A DNA stretch of 64,000 nucleotides, from NCBI RefSeq assembly GCF_006345805.1, contig NC_043008.1:39246001-39310000 (forward strand), in the 5' to 3' direction. This document shows positions 37,537 through 49,171 of this stretch, in pieces. A program made the translations under genes and the position numbers. Within the stretch, counting starts at the first letter, position 1. The number at the start of each line of letters is the position of its first letter. Under the pieces are notes generated by a model. The model worked only from the letters and a program-made list of their open reading frames with translations, was not told the DNA's origin and made no database searches. This DNA is from Octopus sinensis. Its lineage: Eukaryota.

Positions 37537-38143
37537 ACGTATGTGCATGTGTATGTGTTTGTGTGTCTGTGTTTGTCCCCCCAAAATCGCTTGGCAACCG
37601 ATGCTGGTGTGTTTACTTCCCCGTATCATAGCGGTTCGGCAAAAGAGACCAATAGAATAAGTACTAGGCTTACAAAGAATAAGTCCTGGGGTCGAGTTGC
37701 TCGATTGAAGGCGGTGCTCCAGCATGGCCACAGTCAATGACTGAAACAAATAAAAGAGTAACAGAGTAAACAAAATCATTCTATGACCAATAATGCTCAT
37801 AGAATCATGAAGTGCCAAAAACTGTTGGCTTTGGAATGTTCTTGAATGTTGTGATTCGTGTATTCACCTGATGAAAACAGTATTTTCTGATGCTGTAATG
37901 TCTTCATTTATCTATTAATAGAACAACGCAATAGTTGTACTTACAAGTAATAATTTTTTGGATGCAGCTGTACATCGTTAACCAGCTAGAGGGGTTAAAA
38001 ATCGCAGTAGAGTCCGCTCGAATGGACAGCAATGTTAAAATGGCTACGAATATTACTTGTCAGTATAACTACTGCTATGATCTCTTAGAGAGATTTTAGA
38101 ACTAGCATCTTTACTGATATATGTATATATATGTAGATATATA

Positions 38144-38708
38144 TTGGGTTGTTGGAAAGTTCGTGCCGATTTATAGTAAATTACGTTTGGACTTGTTTCA
38201 GAACATGGTTGAGTCCATAAAATAGGATTTGACTACACCTCCATTGAGAGCACAGTTTAATCTATCTTTTCGCGGAAGAATGTTTATGTTCCTATAACCT
38301 GTGTTAATTTTGTAACCCTTTAAAATGGAAGATAAGAAAGTTCATTTTCGGCACATGATGCTTTGGGAACCAGACAAAAATTGCTGCAGCTCAGCTGGGA
38401 TGTGTTACACCATCCTCCATATTCACCAGATATTGCTCCTTCGGATTTCCACTTATTCAGGTGTCTGAAGAATAGTCTTAATGGTAAAAGATTTCAATTC
38501 CTTGTATGACGTAAAAAGATACCTCGAGGAATTCTTTGTCATGAAACCACCTCAATTCTGGGAAGAGGGTATTTTCACGTTAAAGGAAAGATGGAGACGC
38601 ATTGTGTAACAAAATGGTTCATATTTAGTTGATTAAAAATGTAATGGCAAGTATTTATTGACCTTTTCCTTTCCTTTAAAAATCGGCACGAACTTTCCGG
38701 ACAAGCAA

Positions 38709-38711
<3 letters not shown>
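38144..38711 (+). mobile_element. Mariner deletion derivative, copy 1
   Basis: TA|TTGGGTTG..GAAAGTTCGTGCCGATTT TIRs; MEDKKVHFRHMML fused to TRQKLLQLSWDVLHHPPYSPDIAPSDFHLFR (mariner YSPD(L)APSD motif). Confidence 0.92.
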
Positions 38712-38778
<67 letters not shown>

Positions 38779-38974
38779 TAATTCACGAAGGTGTCATTAA
38801 TTCTATTATTACCCAATTTAACTATTTTAGAAATGATTATAACAGAATCAATGACACAGGCGATAGCAGGCTAAAAGATAGCATTAAATAGCCGAGGGAT
38901 TAAAATTAATTAAAGGACATACTAAGTATGACCTTTGATTAATTTTAATATATATATATATCTATCTATCTATC

Positions 38975-39007
<33 letters not shown>

Positions 39008-40133
39008 AAGTTGATCTACTAAACTCGTCAAAGCTGTGTTCCAGCATGATTGCAGTCTAATGAAACAAATAAAAAAAGATAAGAGGTTTGAATTATTCTC
39101 CATTTCAATTGATAAAGATTTTGTCACCTTCCTTCATTTTTTATAACATCTGTGCCCAACGCCAAACTTATTTGTAAGTCTCCATTTCAACAGACATTAT
39201 TTTATTGTCGCTCTGCTGAGCCTCTGTTACTAGTAAAGAAAACAATACTAAGTGTCTCTAACCATGGCACACAACATAAACACTAGAGGCACGGTTCAGT
39301 CGATGGATATCAGTCTCATCGCTTGACGAGAACGTAATTTTATCGACAACGGAATATGAAAAGCCAAGCTGACATCAGTCGGTTTTGAACCCAGATCGTA
39401 TAAAGCCGGAAGGAATGCTATAGGGAATTCTCTTTGAGGTTCTAACGATGCTGTCAATCTACTGACATTAAGAGTAATCTTAATAAAGTCGATGATCTTT
39501 GATTACTTTCAGTTCAATAGTGACCCGAATCTTCGTGCATTTACTTTCAATGTTTAGTTGAAGTGCTACTGATGCGGTTAACCAGTTAATTCCTGCTTCT
39601 TAATATGTAATGTTCCTGTTACAAGTCAATAAGAGTATTAACTATTCATTAAAACGTAAACCTACAAAGGTATTTGGGCAATGCTACGTTGGATGGAATT
39701 GAATAAGGAGCGAAAACGTGCACGTCCAGAAGTTCTCTGCCATAGAAAAGAGTTAGCTTATCGAAAGGAATTGTTCACTGGAACTGGCTGTAATAATGCG
39801 TGTTTTAGCCTAAGTAGTGGAATTACTACAAATTCCCTGGAGATTATTTCAGCAGATGAAGTAAACACGATTTCTAATCAATGCTTCGTTTTGGTAACTT
39901 TAGTTTTGTTTTAGTTTTGAGATTCTTAATTTTCTTTTCTTTTTCCTTTCCTTGATTTATTTTTTTTTTATTTTTACACTTGCCAATAAGATAAAAACAA
40001 GGAAAAGCAAAAGAAAGCGAGTAATTCCTTGCTCTAAAACTAAATAATGCTGAGTGTTTGAGGTAACAGCAATAAGGACAACATAAAAGAAACAAGCAAA
40101 AACATTAAAACACGTATATGTTGTGCACATGTA

Positions 40134-40170
<37 letters not shown>

Positions 40171-40345
40171 ATATACATATACATAGACTTATACACACGC
40201 ATGTATATATATATACATACATACATACATACATATAATATATATATTATATACTATATACATATAAATAGAGATGTATATAGTTATATACAAGTGTATG
40301 TATGTATGTATATATATATATATTATATATTTATAAATACATATA

Positions 40346-40434
<89 letters not shown>

Positions 40435-41332
40435 TTATATATATATATATATACCAGTGTGTGTATGTTTATGCGTATGTGTGTATGTGTAGTGTGTATA
40501 TTTAATGCCTCGAGCTTGAAGCATGAAATGTTAACACCGAAGTAGAGATTAAGGAAAGCAATACACACTCTGTTCAGCAAATTATGCACTTTACTGTGCA
40601 CGTGGCGCATGCAATATAAATTATTATGCACGAAAACATTCATTATTCATTATAGTGGTGTGATTTGTGCTAGTGTGTAATTCAGAGTCGTGTGAGAGAG
40701 AATTAACATTTTCACCAAAATTGATTTCACTCTAGTATTCTCCAATAAATTGTGAATTTCTTCTTTTAAAACATAATAACCCAAACTTTACTGGAATTGA
40801 GGCTACATTTGATTGACATTTACGTGCTTCTTCCTGGTGGAAACACAGACTTCGGTTCACATTTTCCGTGTCCTGTGAGGCGTAACATTTTTTTCCTTAT
40901 TTTAATTTTCATACAAGCTCTGATATACGCAGATTTTTGTTATGCATATTCTCATGACTAAACTCAAAAGATATTACATGACTTTGCAATGTGCAAGGGG
41001 GAAAAAAATTGGCACAGCCCAAATTTATTGGAAATCTTTCCTCATGGTATCTACAAGAAAATGGATATTATTATTTCTTTTAAAACTGATTACCATGGAA
41101 GTGTGTTACCTTCTGGTGCTTATTCCCTTTATTTTTAGTTTATAGAGTTGAAAAATAAATTTCCTTTTTGGAACTGAAGAGTTTGAATTATTTCAGTTAG
41201 TTTTTTTTTTTTTTACAAAACAATTCATTTTCTTGCTGTTGAAAAACTTGAAACTAAAACCGCTGCACGAAATTAAACTAGTTCATACTACTAAGTGCTC
41301 GCAACTAACCGTCATGTGTAAAACATCTTCAG

Positions 41333-41695
41333 AGCCAGGTTAATATGAAGTTAACCGAAGCGATGAAAATTACGTGTATTGCAGTACAAGATCGATCAAG
41401 TGCATTTTCCTTAACGCATTGTGATATATCACTGGCACAATTTTGACTTCATTAGCCAGGCTCTTTTAGAAACAACCGTTGTCATGTCCAAGACACGTAA
41501 TGCTTCGTACATGAAGTTTTTCCACCATTCCCTTGTTTTTCAGGATACTAAAAGAGAATTCAAAATGTACACTGGCAAGTAATTTTTTTTAAAAATCGAA
41601 ATCCTTTAAAATTAATGATGATTTATTTCTTGAGTTTTTAGAATATTCTTAGCACAACTATAATCAAGTCAGTGACACAACTCCATAATAGAAAG
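41333..41695 (+). pseudogene. Possible second discoidin (F5/8 type C)-like remnant with micro-exon candidates
   Basis: After acceptor tcttcag|: SQVNMKLTEAMKITCIAVQDRSS; out-of-frame HNFDFI; phase-compatible AG/GT-bounded segments 41544-41578 (DTKREFKMYTG) and 41653-41695 (N-TTIIKSVTQLHNRK). Confidence 0.28.
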
Positions 41696-41734
41696 GTATG
41701 AGTGTTCATTACACAATTCTGAAACATTCACTTC

Positions 41735-41808
<74 letters not shown>

Positions 41809-41829
41809 TGATGATAATAATAATGATTA

Positions 41830-42018
41830 TGGTTCCAAATTTTGATTCAAGAGAAGGAATTTTGGGCAAGGGGATATGCTGATTGCATCCACCTATCGAC
41901 CCCGAAAGGATGAAAGGTAAAGTCAACTTCGTTGGAATTTGAACTCAGAACGCAGCGGCAGACGAAATACTGCTAAGCATTTCGCCCGGCGTGCTAACGA
42001 TTCTACGTGATCGCCGCT
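41830..42018 (-). mobile_element. SINE family A between (AAT)n arrays
   Basis: Reverse complement of the family-A head and body. Confidence 0.85.
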
Positions 42019-42051
42019 TTAATAATAACAATAATAATAATAATAATAATA

Positions 42052-42083
<32 letters not shown>

Positions 42084-42112
42084 TAATAATAATAATATAA
42101 TAATAATAATAA

Positions 42113-42143
<31 letters not shown>

Positions 42144-42149
42144 AAGAAA

Positions 42150-42432
42150 GTTACCCTCAGAAGCAAAAGTCAGGGCAAGATTGTTTGTGGAAAGCTAGTA
42201 GTCGCCCATGCATACCAGCTTCCCCTCTCCACACCACTGAGGTTATCCAAAGGAAAAGTAAAGTCTGATACAGCGTGGCACCAGTGATGTCGCAACTCAT
42301 TTCTACAGCTAAGTTAACTGGAGCAACGTGAAATAAAGTGCTTTACTCTTGAACACAACATGCAGGCCGGTCCGAGAATAGAACTCACAACCTCACGATC
42401 GTAAGCTCTACGCTCTAACCACTGAGCCATGG
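42150..42432 (-). mobile_element. SINE family D'
   Basis: Diverged match to 21537-21879. Confidence 0.85.
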
Positions 42433-42814
42433 GTCTTTAATAATAACAATAATAATAATAATAATAATAATGATAATAACAACAACAACAACAACAAATT
42501 TAAGACTCTTTTGTGATTTTATATAAGGAAAATATCTCTTACATGATGTAAAAATTTCACTTTCAACGCATGGTCTTAAATGAAGCCAAGCTTACTGTAT
42601 TTATCTATTTTTCATATTACATTACGTCGTGCGCTTTTTTTCATCTTGATGCCCCCTCGACATTCAAAAACGAACATATATAAAATTTAATACAATATAA
42701 AATTTCATAAAGTATTAATACGATTATGGCTTAGGAGAGTTAACTTCTCTTTCTAGCAAGTGGTATTCCGGTACCTTACTTTTCCAATATATCTTTTCTT
42801 TCATTTTTTAAAAA

Positions 42815-43007
42815 TTCTTTTACTTGTTTCAGTCATTTGACTGCGGCCATGCTGGAGCAATGCGGCTGGTCGAACAAATCGACACCAGGACTTGTTCTAT
42901 TGGTCTCTCTTGCTGAACCGCTAAGTTACGGGGACGTAAACACATACCAACGGTTGTCTAGCGATGGTGGGGGGACAAACACAGACACACAAACATACAC
43001 ACACACA

Positions 43008-43064
<57 letters not shown>

Positions 43065-43225
43065 GTACGGAGGGCTTCTTTCAGTTTCCGTCTACCAAAT
43101 CCACTCACAAGGCTTTGATCGGCTGGAGGCTATAGTAGAAAGCACTTGCCGAAGATGCGACGCAGTGGGACTGAACCCGGAACCATGTGGCTGGGAAGCA
43201 AGCTACTTACCACACAGCAACACCT
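42815..43225 (-). mobile_element. SINE family B
   Basis: Tail 42815-42985, (CA)/(TA) spacer, head 43065-43225, all reverse complement. Confidence 0.9.
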
Positions 43226-43241
43226 GTGTGTGTATATATAT

Positions 43242-43292
<51 letters not shown>

Positions 43293-43363
43293 ATAAGACG
43301 AAAACAGATAACGAAGCCAAGGCTGTGAGAAGTTTTCAAGGCATTTATAAGGAAAGGTATATA

Positions 43364-43411
43364 GTCTTACGGCCGTTTCTGGGATATTATGAATATCCTT
43401 TCATCAGCGAC
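43364..43411 (-). ncRNA. Minimal type-I hammerhead ribozyme, near intact
   Basis: gtcg-CTGATGA-aa-GGATATT cat AATATCC-ca-GAAA-C-GGCC-GTA-AGAC; palindromic stem III ACGGCCGT; mismatch at the first stem-I pair. Confidence 0.7.
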
Positions 43412-43725
43412 GATGTGAGAGAGGTAAATGTTTGGGTTTGAAACGAGGAATTATTATGGAGAAAGAGGAGATAGGGAATATAGAGGGGAATAAGAGAATG
43501 AAAGTAGAAGTAACATAACACAAACTACTATCGGAACTTACATACCATATACAGAAACATTTTTACCACTTCTATACATCACTTTACTCGAATAACGGAA
43601 CTGCAGCTACAATATATTATACGTTGTTTCTACTTTCATTCGCTTATTTCCCTCTATTTTCCCTATCTCCTCCTTCTCCATAATAATTCTTTATTTCGAA
43701 CTCAAACATTTACCTCTCTTACACC

Positions 43726-43773
43726 GTGTCTAATGAAGTAGTATCCATAATATCCCAGAAACAGCTGTAAGAC
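43726..43773 (+). ncRNA. Degenerate minimal type-I hammerhead ribozyme
   Basis: CTAATGA (G5A), decayed stem II, GAAA-C-AGCT-GTA-AGAC with palindrome ACAGCTGT. Confidence 0.55.
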
Positions 43774-43853
43774 TACATCAGTTACCTTATAAATGTCCTG
43801 AGATCTCCTCACAGACTTGGTTTTGTTATCTGTTTTTGTCTAATATACATACA

Positions 43854-43917
<64 letters not shown>

Positions 43918-44031
43918 CGCAGGCTAATGCAAGACCCACACATATCACAATCGAACCAAGAGTTTCACTATGGTCTGTCCTTAGCACTTACTTAGCATTA
44001 CCTGCCGCTCTTTGGGTCTTCTAAATATCAT

Positions 44032-44146
<115 letters not shown>

Positions 44147-44184
44147 CATACATATATATATATATACATACATACATATATATA

Positions 44185-44217
<33 letters not shown>

Positions 44218-44236
44218 ACATACATACAATACATAC

Positions 44237-44307
<71 letters not shown>

Positions 44308-45038
44308 CATACATATAATTACACACCACATATGTACGTACAGATATCACTCTGTCAGTATGTATTTATAAATACATATTTACATGTGCTCTCTCTCTCT
44401 CTCGCACACACACATATACACTTAAACACACAAGTATAATAACATATTTGCATATAGGAATACATGTACTTGTGTGTGTAAGTATGTGTTTTTGTTTGAC
44501 TATAGATGCACATATAAAAGTTCGTATATAATTTGAATTCTCACAGAAGAGGAAGTAACTTCACTTGCCAAGTTCTGAAGCACATCAAACGTCAGCTATT
44601 AATATTTTTTCTTTACACGAAACTGTGTTACTCTGCTGTGTTTGCTTTTCGTTAGCTTTGTTTTTTTTTTAATTTTATTTTCAGAACAAGAGATGTTTAG
44701 TTAATTAACAGAAAGTAGCAGATTTCATCTGAAAGTAAGAATTCCAAGACAGAAAAAGGAAATGATATTAACTCATCTTTAATATGTTTGACGAGGCGTT
44801 AGAATATTTAGTTCCTCATACTGAATGCTCTGCCGTATTTAGTTAATGATCCTAACGATGTTAGTTCAATTCTCACCCCCAATGAACTCTTTGTTTCACA
44901 ATTCCGAAGTCGAAGTTAGCATTCATTCAAAAAATATGTCGGTACCGCTTAAATATTCACATTTGATTTAAGTATTTTGAATTTCGAATTTATTCATACA
45001 ATCAGTTAAAGAATATTAAGGGTCTTACTGCGCTACTC

Positions 45039-45345
45039 GTGGCGGCGCAATGGCCCAGAGGTTAGGGTAGCGGACTCGCGGTCGTAGGATCGCGGTTTCG
45101 ATTCCTAGACCGGGCGTTGTGAGTGTTTATTGAGTGAAAACACCTAAATCTCCACGAGGCTCCGGCAGGGCGGGGTGGCGATCCCTGCTGTACTCTTTCG
45201 TCACAACTTTCTCTAACTCTTTCTTCTGTTGGCCTGCCCGCTTAGCCAGCGGGGTGGCATCATTTGAAGGCTAAAACAATGTGAAACGCAATGTGACCAG
45301 CGATGTGTAATAACATCTGATAGCCTGATCGGTCACGGTGATCAC
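45039..45345 (+). mobile_element. SINE family C variant with an alternative 3' half
   Basis: Shares the first ~175 bp with 26884, then an unrelated tail; TSD T(G/A)CGCTACTC (45029-45038, 45346-45355). Confidence 0.9.
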
Positions 45346-45389
45346 TACGCTACTCATATTGATATCAACGTCTATAACGAAATAATTCC

Positions 45390-45580
45390 TCCTATTATAG
45401 GCACAAAGACAGTAGGGGGCTAGGCGAATACATAAACCCCAGTAATGAACTGGTACTTACTGATCAATCTCGAAAGAATGAAAGGCAAAGTCGACCTCGA
45501 CGGAATTTCAGCTTAGAACATAAAACTGAAATAAGTACTACTATGCTTTTTGTTCGACCTGCTAACGATTCTGTTAATTC
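45390..45580 (-). mobile_element. Degenerate SINE family A
   Basis: GAATGAAAGGCAAAGTCGACCTCGACGGAATTT...GCTAACGATTCTG. Confidence 0.75.
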
Positions 45581-45684
45581 ATTCCTTTCGACCTATGCAA
45601 GAAAATTGATGATAATATGTTGTTAGGAAATCGTGAATTTAAACGTCATAAATAGCAAAGTCATAATTATTCATAAACATGTTA

Positions 45685-45930
45685 GTGGAGGCGCGTGGCT
45701 TAGTGGTTAGGGTGTCAGCGCCATGATCGTAAGATTGTGGCTTCGATTCCTGGACCGAGCGGCGCGTTGTGTTTTGAGCAAAACACTTCATTTCACGTTG
45801 CTCCAGTCCACTCAGCTGTCAAAAATGAGTAACGCTGCGGTGGACTGGCGTCCTGTCCACCTGGGGAACACATACGCCATAGAAACCAGGAAACCGGGCC
45901 CATGAGCCTAGCTAGGCTTTAAAAAGGGTG
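45685..45930 (+). mobile_element. tRNA-derived SINE, family D
   Basis: GTGGAGGCGCGTGGCTTAGTGGTTAGGG...GCTTCGATTCC...CATGAGCCTAGCTAGGCTTTAAAAAGGG. Confidence 0.9.
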
Positions 45931-46697
45931 TATCCTAAAACGGCGGTGCATCAGCATGGCCGCAGCTCTGAGCTGCAACTTAAAAAAAAAATGTAAAACT
46001 GGCTAATGATAAGACGATCACTAAAACTATGGTTTGTTACTTGCCAAAAATTTGATAATCTCAGTTCGACAATTATTTGGTATAAGCTGTGCCACACTTT
46101 CTTTAATAGTATTTTGTTGCTTATACAGTTACAAGATTCGCATCTCCCATCTTTCAACCTAAACATCTATTAGAGTGAAACAGTGAATAAAAAAAAAAAC
46201 GGAGAAAGGGGGAGAATATGGGAGAGATAACAAGTAAAAGGGAGAGAGACAGAGTGAAAGAGAGGGAGAGAGAAGGCGAGAGAACTACACACAATCTAGT
46301 CTAATGCTTTATTTATCGACTCCGAAACAACGAAATGTTTTCCTCAGTAAAACAAATAACGGCAGGTGTTTAATCCCCGCACTCGAGAGACCCTGCAATT
46401 AATCGCATTCAATATACGTCTATATATACACATGGTAAATACATAGACTCTTGTATCACTATAAGCTTATTAGAATATCATGATTCACCGACAAGGAGGC
46501 GTTGTATTATTTCAGACATCAAACCGAGGGACCAAATACCTTAATTCTAATTATTTAGGTCGCATTTCTTTCTAACCACCTTACTTTCATTTGCCTTATA
46601 TCATGTAGACGGCAATAAAATAAACATCAGTCGAGTACTGAAATCGATAGAAATAACTGTCCCGTAATGTTTGTAGTATTGCGCTTATGGTAGAAAA

Positions 46698-46767
<70 letters not shown>

Positions 46768-47296
46768 TATGCTCATCCTTGCTACTGATTTCTTCTCGAT
46801 TTATTTTAGTATTTTTCTTATTATATGTTAGCATCAACACTTGTGGCACTTCCGGTTAATTTTCGTTTCGTGCGAATATTTTTTATTTTCTGATTTTGCT
46901 TTTATTATGTGCTTCGGAGACATTAGCTGTGTAAATGTTTGTAATTACAAAGAAAACGAAAATGGAAAAAAGAGACAGCTTTAATTGGGCAATTGTTTTA
47001 GAAATGGCATCGACATTTAGAGAAGAAAGAAAACAATGACGCTTTGACAAAAAAAAACAAAAAAAAACAAAAAGAAAATCACAAAGAAAATTGGAAGAAC
47101 GCCAATAAAATAATTTGCTAAACTCCTTACTTTTAAACGGTGCCAAATATAGTGCTAAACAGTTATGAAAAGGACAATTCAATGCAAATATTGGAATATT
47201 TATCGCTTTAAAGCACGAATTAGTGTCCACACAAAGCAAAATGTATATTTGAACCACACTCATTGATTGGCTACTTAGTAATAGAACGCTATAATA

Positions 47297-47861
47297 TTCG
47301 GTTGTCCGGAAAGTTCGTGCCGATTTTTAAAGGAAAGAAAAAGGTCGATAAATACTTGCCATTATATTTTTAATCAACAAAATATGAACCATATGGATGC
47401 ACAATGCGTCTCCATCTTTCCTTTAACGTGAAAATACCATCTTACCAGAATTGAGGCGGTTTCCTGGCAAAGAATTAATCAAGATATCTTTTTACGTCAT
47501 CCAAGGATTTGAAATTTTTACCATTAAGGCTATTCTGCAGAGACCTGAATAAGTGGAAATCCGAAAAAGCCATATCTGGTGAATATGGAGGGTGGGATAA
47601 CACATCCCAGCAAAGCTGCAGCAATTTTTGTCTGGTTCCTAGAGCATCAAGTGCCAAAAATGAACTTTCTTATCTTCCATTTCAAAGGGTTACAGAATTA
47701 ACACAGGTTATAGGAACATAAACCTTCGTCCACAAGAAGATAGTTTAAACTGTGTTCTAAATGGTGCAGTCAAATCCTATTTTATGGACTCAAACATGTT
47801 CTAAAATAAGTCGAAATGTAAGCTACTATATAAATCGGCACGAACATTCTGGACAACCCAA
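47297..47861 (-). mobile_element. Mariner deletion derivative, copy 2
   Basis: TA-flanked TIRs; same internal deletion junction (…GATGCT(T/C)T / (G/A)GGAACCAGAC…) as 38144-38711. Confidence 0.92.
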
Positions 47862-48061
47862 TACATTGTACAAGACTGGAGAGCACGAACACTGAAATAC
47901 ATTCTACTATACTGCATTACTAAGTCCCTCAACTGGGGAAATTGTGTTTGTTGAAGCTACATTTTGTAGCTAAACTACAGTTGGAATATCTCAATGTTAT
48001 CCCAACACGCACGAACAAATATGTTCATACATATATCATACATACACACGTTGTATGTCTG

Positions 48062-48156
<95 letters not shown>

Positions 48157-48164
48157 GTCTATGA

Positions 48165-48350
48165 TAGATCGCTAGCAACTACATATTCTTTATTTTCTCT
48201 CCTTGTTTCTTTCTGTGTTCCTTTCTGTGGAAGAGCGTAGGCTTGAAACGTTAAAGAATTCTTCACTTCCCGAGCGATATACTAATACATCTGTTTGCTG
48301 TTTACACCACTTTTCTTCGTCTTTTGTTTTTGCGAATTCTCCCTATGTAT
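48165..48350 (+). mobile_element. Short hammerhead-bearing repeat between (TCTA)n and (TA)/(CA)n
   Basis: Pyrimidine-rich ~185-bp non-coding segment bounded by microsatellites; contains the motif at 48221-48256. Confidence 0.55.
48221..48256 (+). ncRNA. Variant minimal type-I hammerhead ribozyme
   Basis: CTTT-CTGTGGA (A6U)-a-GAGC gtag GCTT-GAAA-C-G-T-T-AAAG; loopless palindromic stem III ACGT. Confidence 0.6.
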
Positions 48351-48359
48351 ATATATTTA

Positions 48360-48403
<44 letters not shown>

Positions 48404-48406
48404 ATT

Positions 48407-48456
<50 letters not shown>

Positions 48457-48899
48457 GTGTATGAATTCAGGTTTACTCCTACACACATATAGATATTTAT
48501 ACATATATTTTTTAGATTATTGGAAAATCTGGACATAAGTTCGTCCATTAAGACTGCCTTGTCTTCTGTTCTCGAATCCCCCGTCCTCCTATAAAAGCAA
48601 GATCAAATTCGGAAGATGTATTCCTGCTTCGATTAGTGAATGTGTATGTATTTGAATTGTGACCGAAACGTAATTCTATGACTGTTGTTTGGCTTCTATT
48701 TATTAGTTTGACAACTATTATGAACTGAATTAATATAGACTATATGTTGCACGATTATGAAGAATATGATATATTTTGCTTAATGGTATTGGTGATAAGG
48801 TTCGTTTGGTGGAAGACTAGTACCGAAAAATAAATTAATATCGTTATAACATAATACAAAAAAAAAAGAAGAAACGCCATTCATGTATGACGGTGAAAT

Positions 48900-49090
48900 A
48901 TTTTTGGTAAAGGTTGTAGTCGATTAATTCCAGCACAAACATCGATCACTACTTAATTCAACATATCCATAAAAGCCCAAAATGATATCAGTCTGTTCGA
49001 ATATGGAAGCTGGAAGGATGAAAAGAAAAGTCAAACTCGGTGGAAAGTAATGTCAGGCGACATGTGGCTAAGCATTTTCCAAGTCTTGCT
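48900..49090 (-). mobile_element. Degenerate SINE family A
   Basis: GGATGAAAAGAAAAGTCAAACTCGGTGGAA...GCTAAGCATTTT. Confidence 0.65.
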
Positions 49091-49091
49091 A

Positions 49092-49165
<74 letters not shown>

Positions 49166-49171
<6 letters not shown>

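Larger units (their letters stand above)
36444..37770 (+). mobile_element. SINE family B split by an insertion in its central (TA)n
   Basis: Head 36444-36585, tail 37560-37770, foreign inverted-repeat element 36615-37388 between them. Confidence 0.88.
43296..43841. mobile_element. Older head-to-head inverted-repeat element (~225-bp arms) carrying hammerhead motifs
   Basis: 43296-43518 is an imperfect reverse complement (roughly 80% by eye) of 43617-43841; ~98-bp spacer; flanked by (TG)n and (TA)n. Confidence 0.85.

Noticed and set aside
48640-48690. GAAT…GAAACGTA-ATTC half-hammerhead
   Set aside because: The CTGANGA half is missing, so it cannot be supported.
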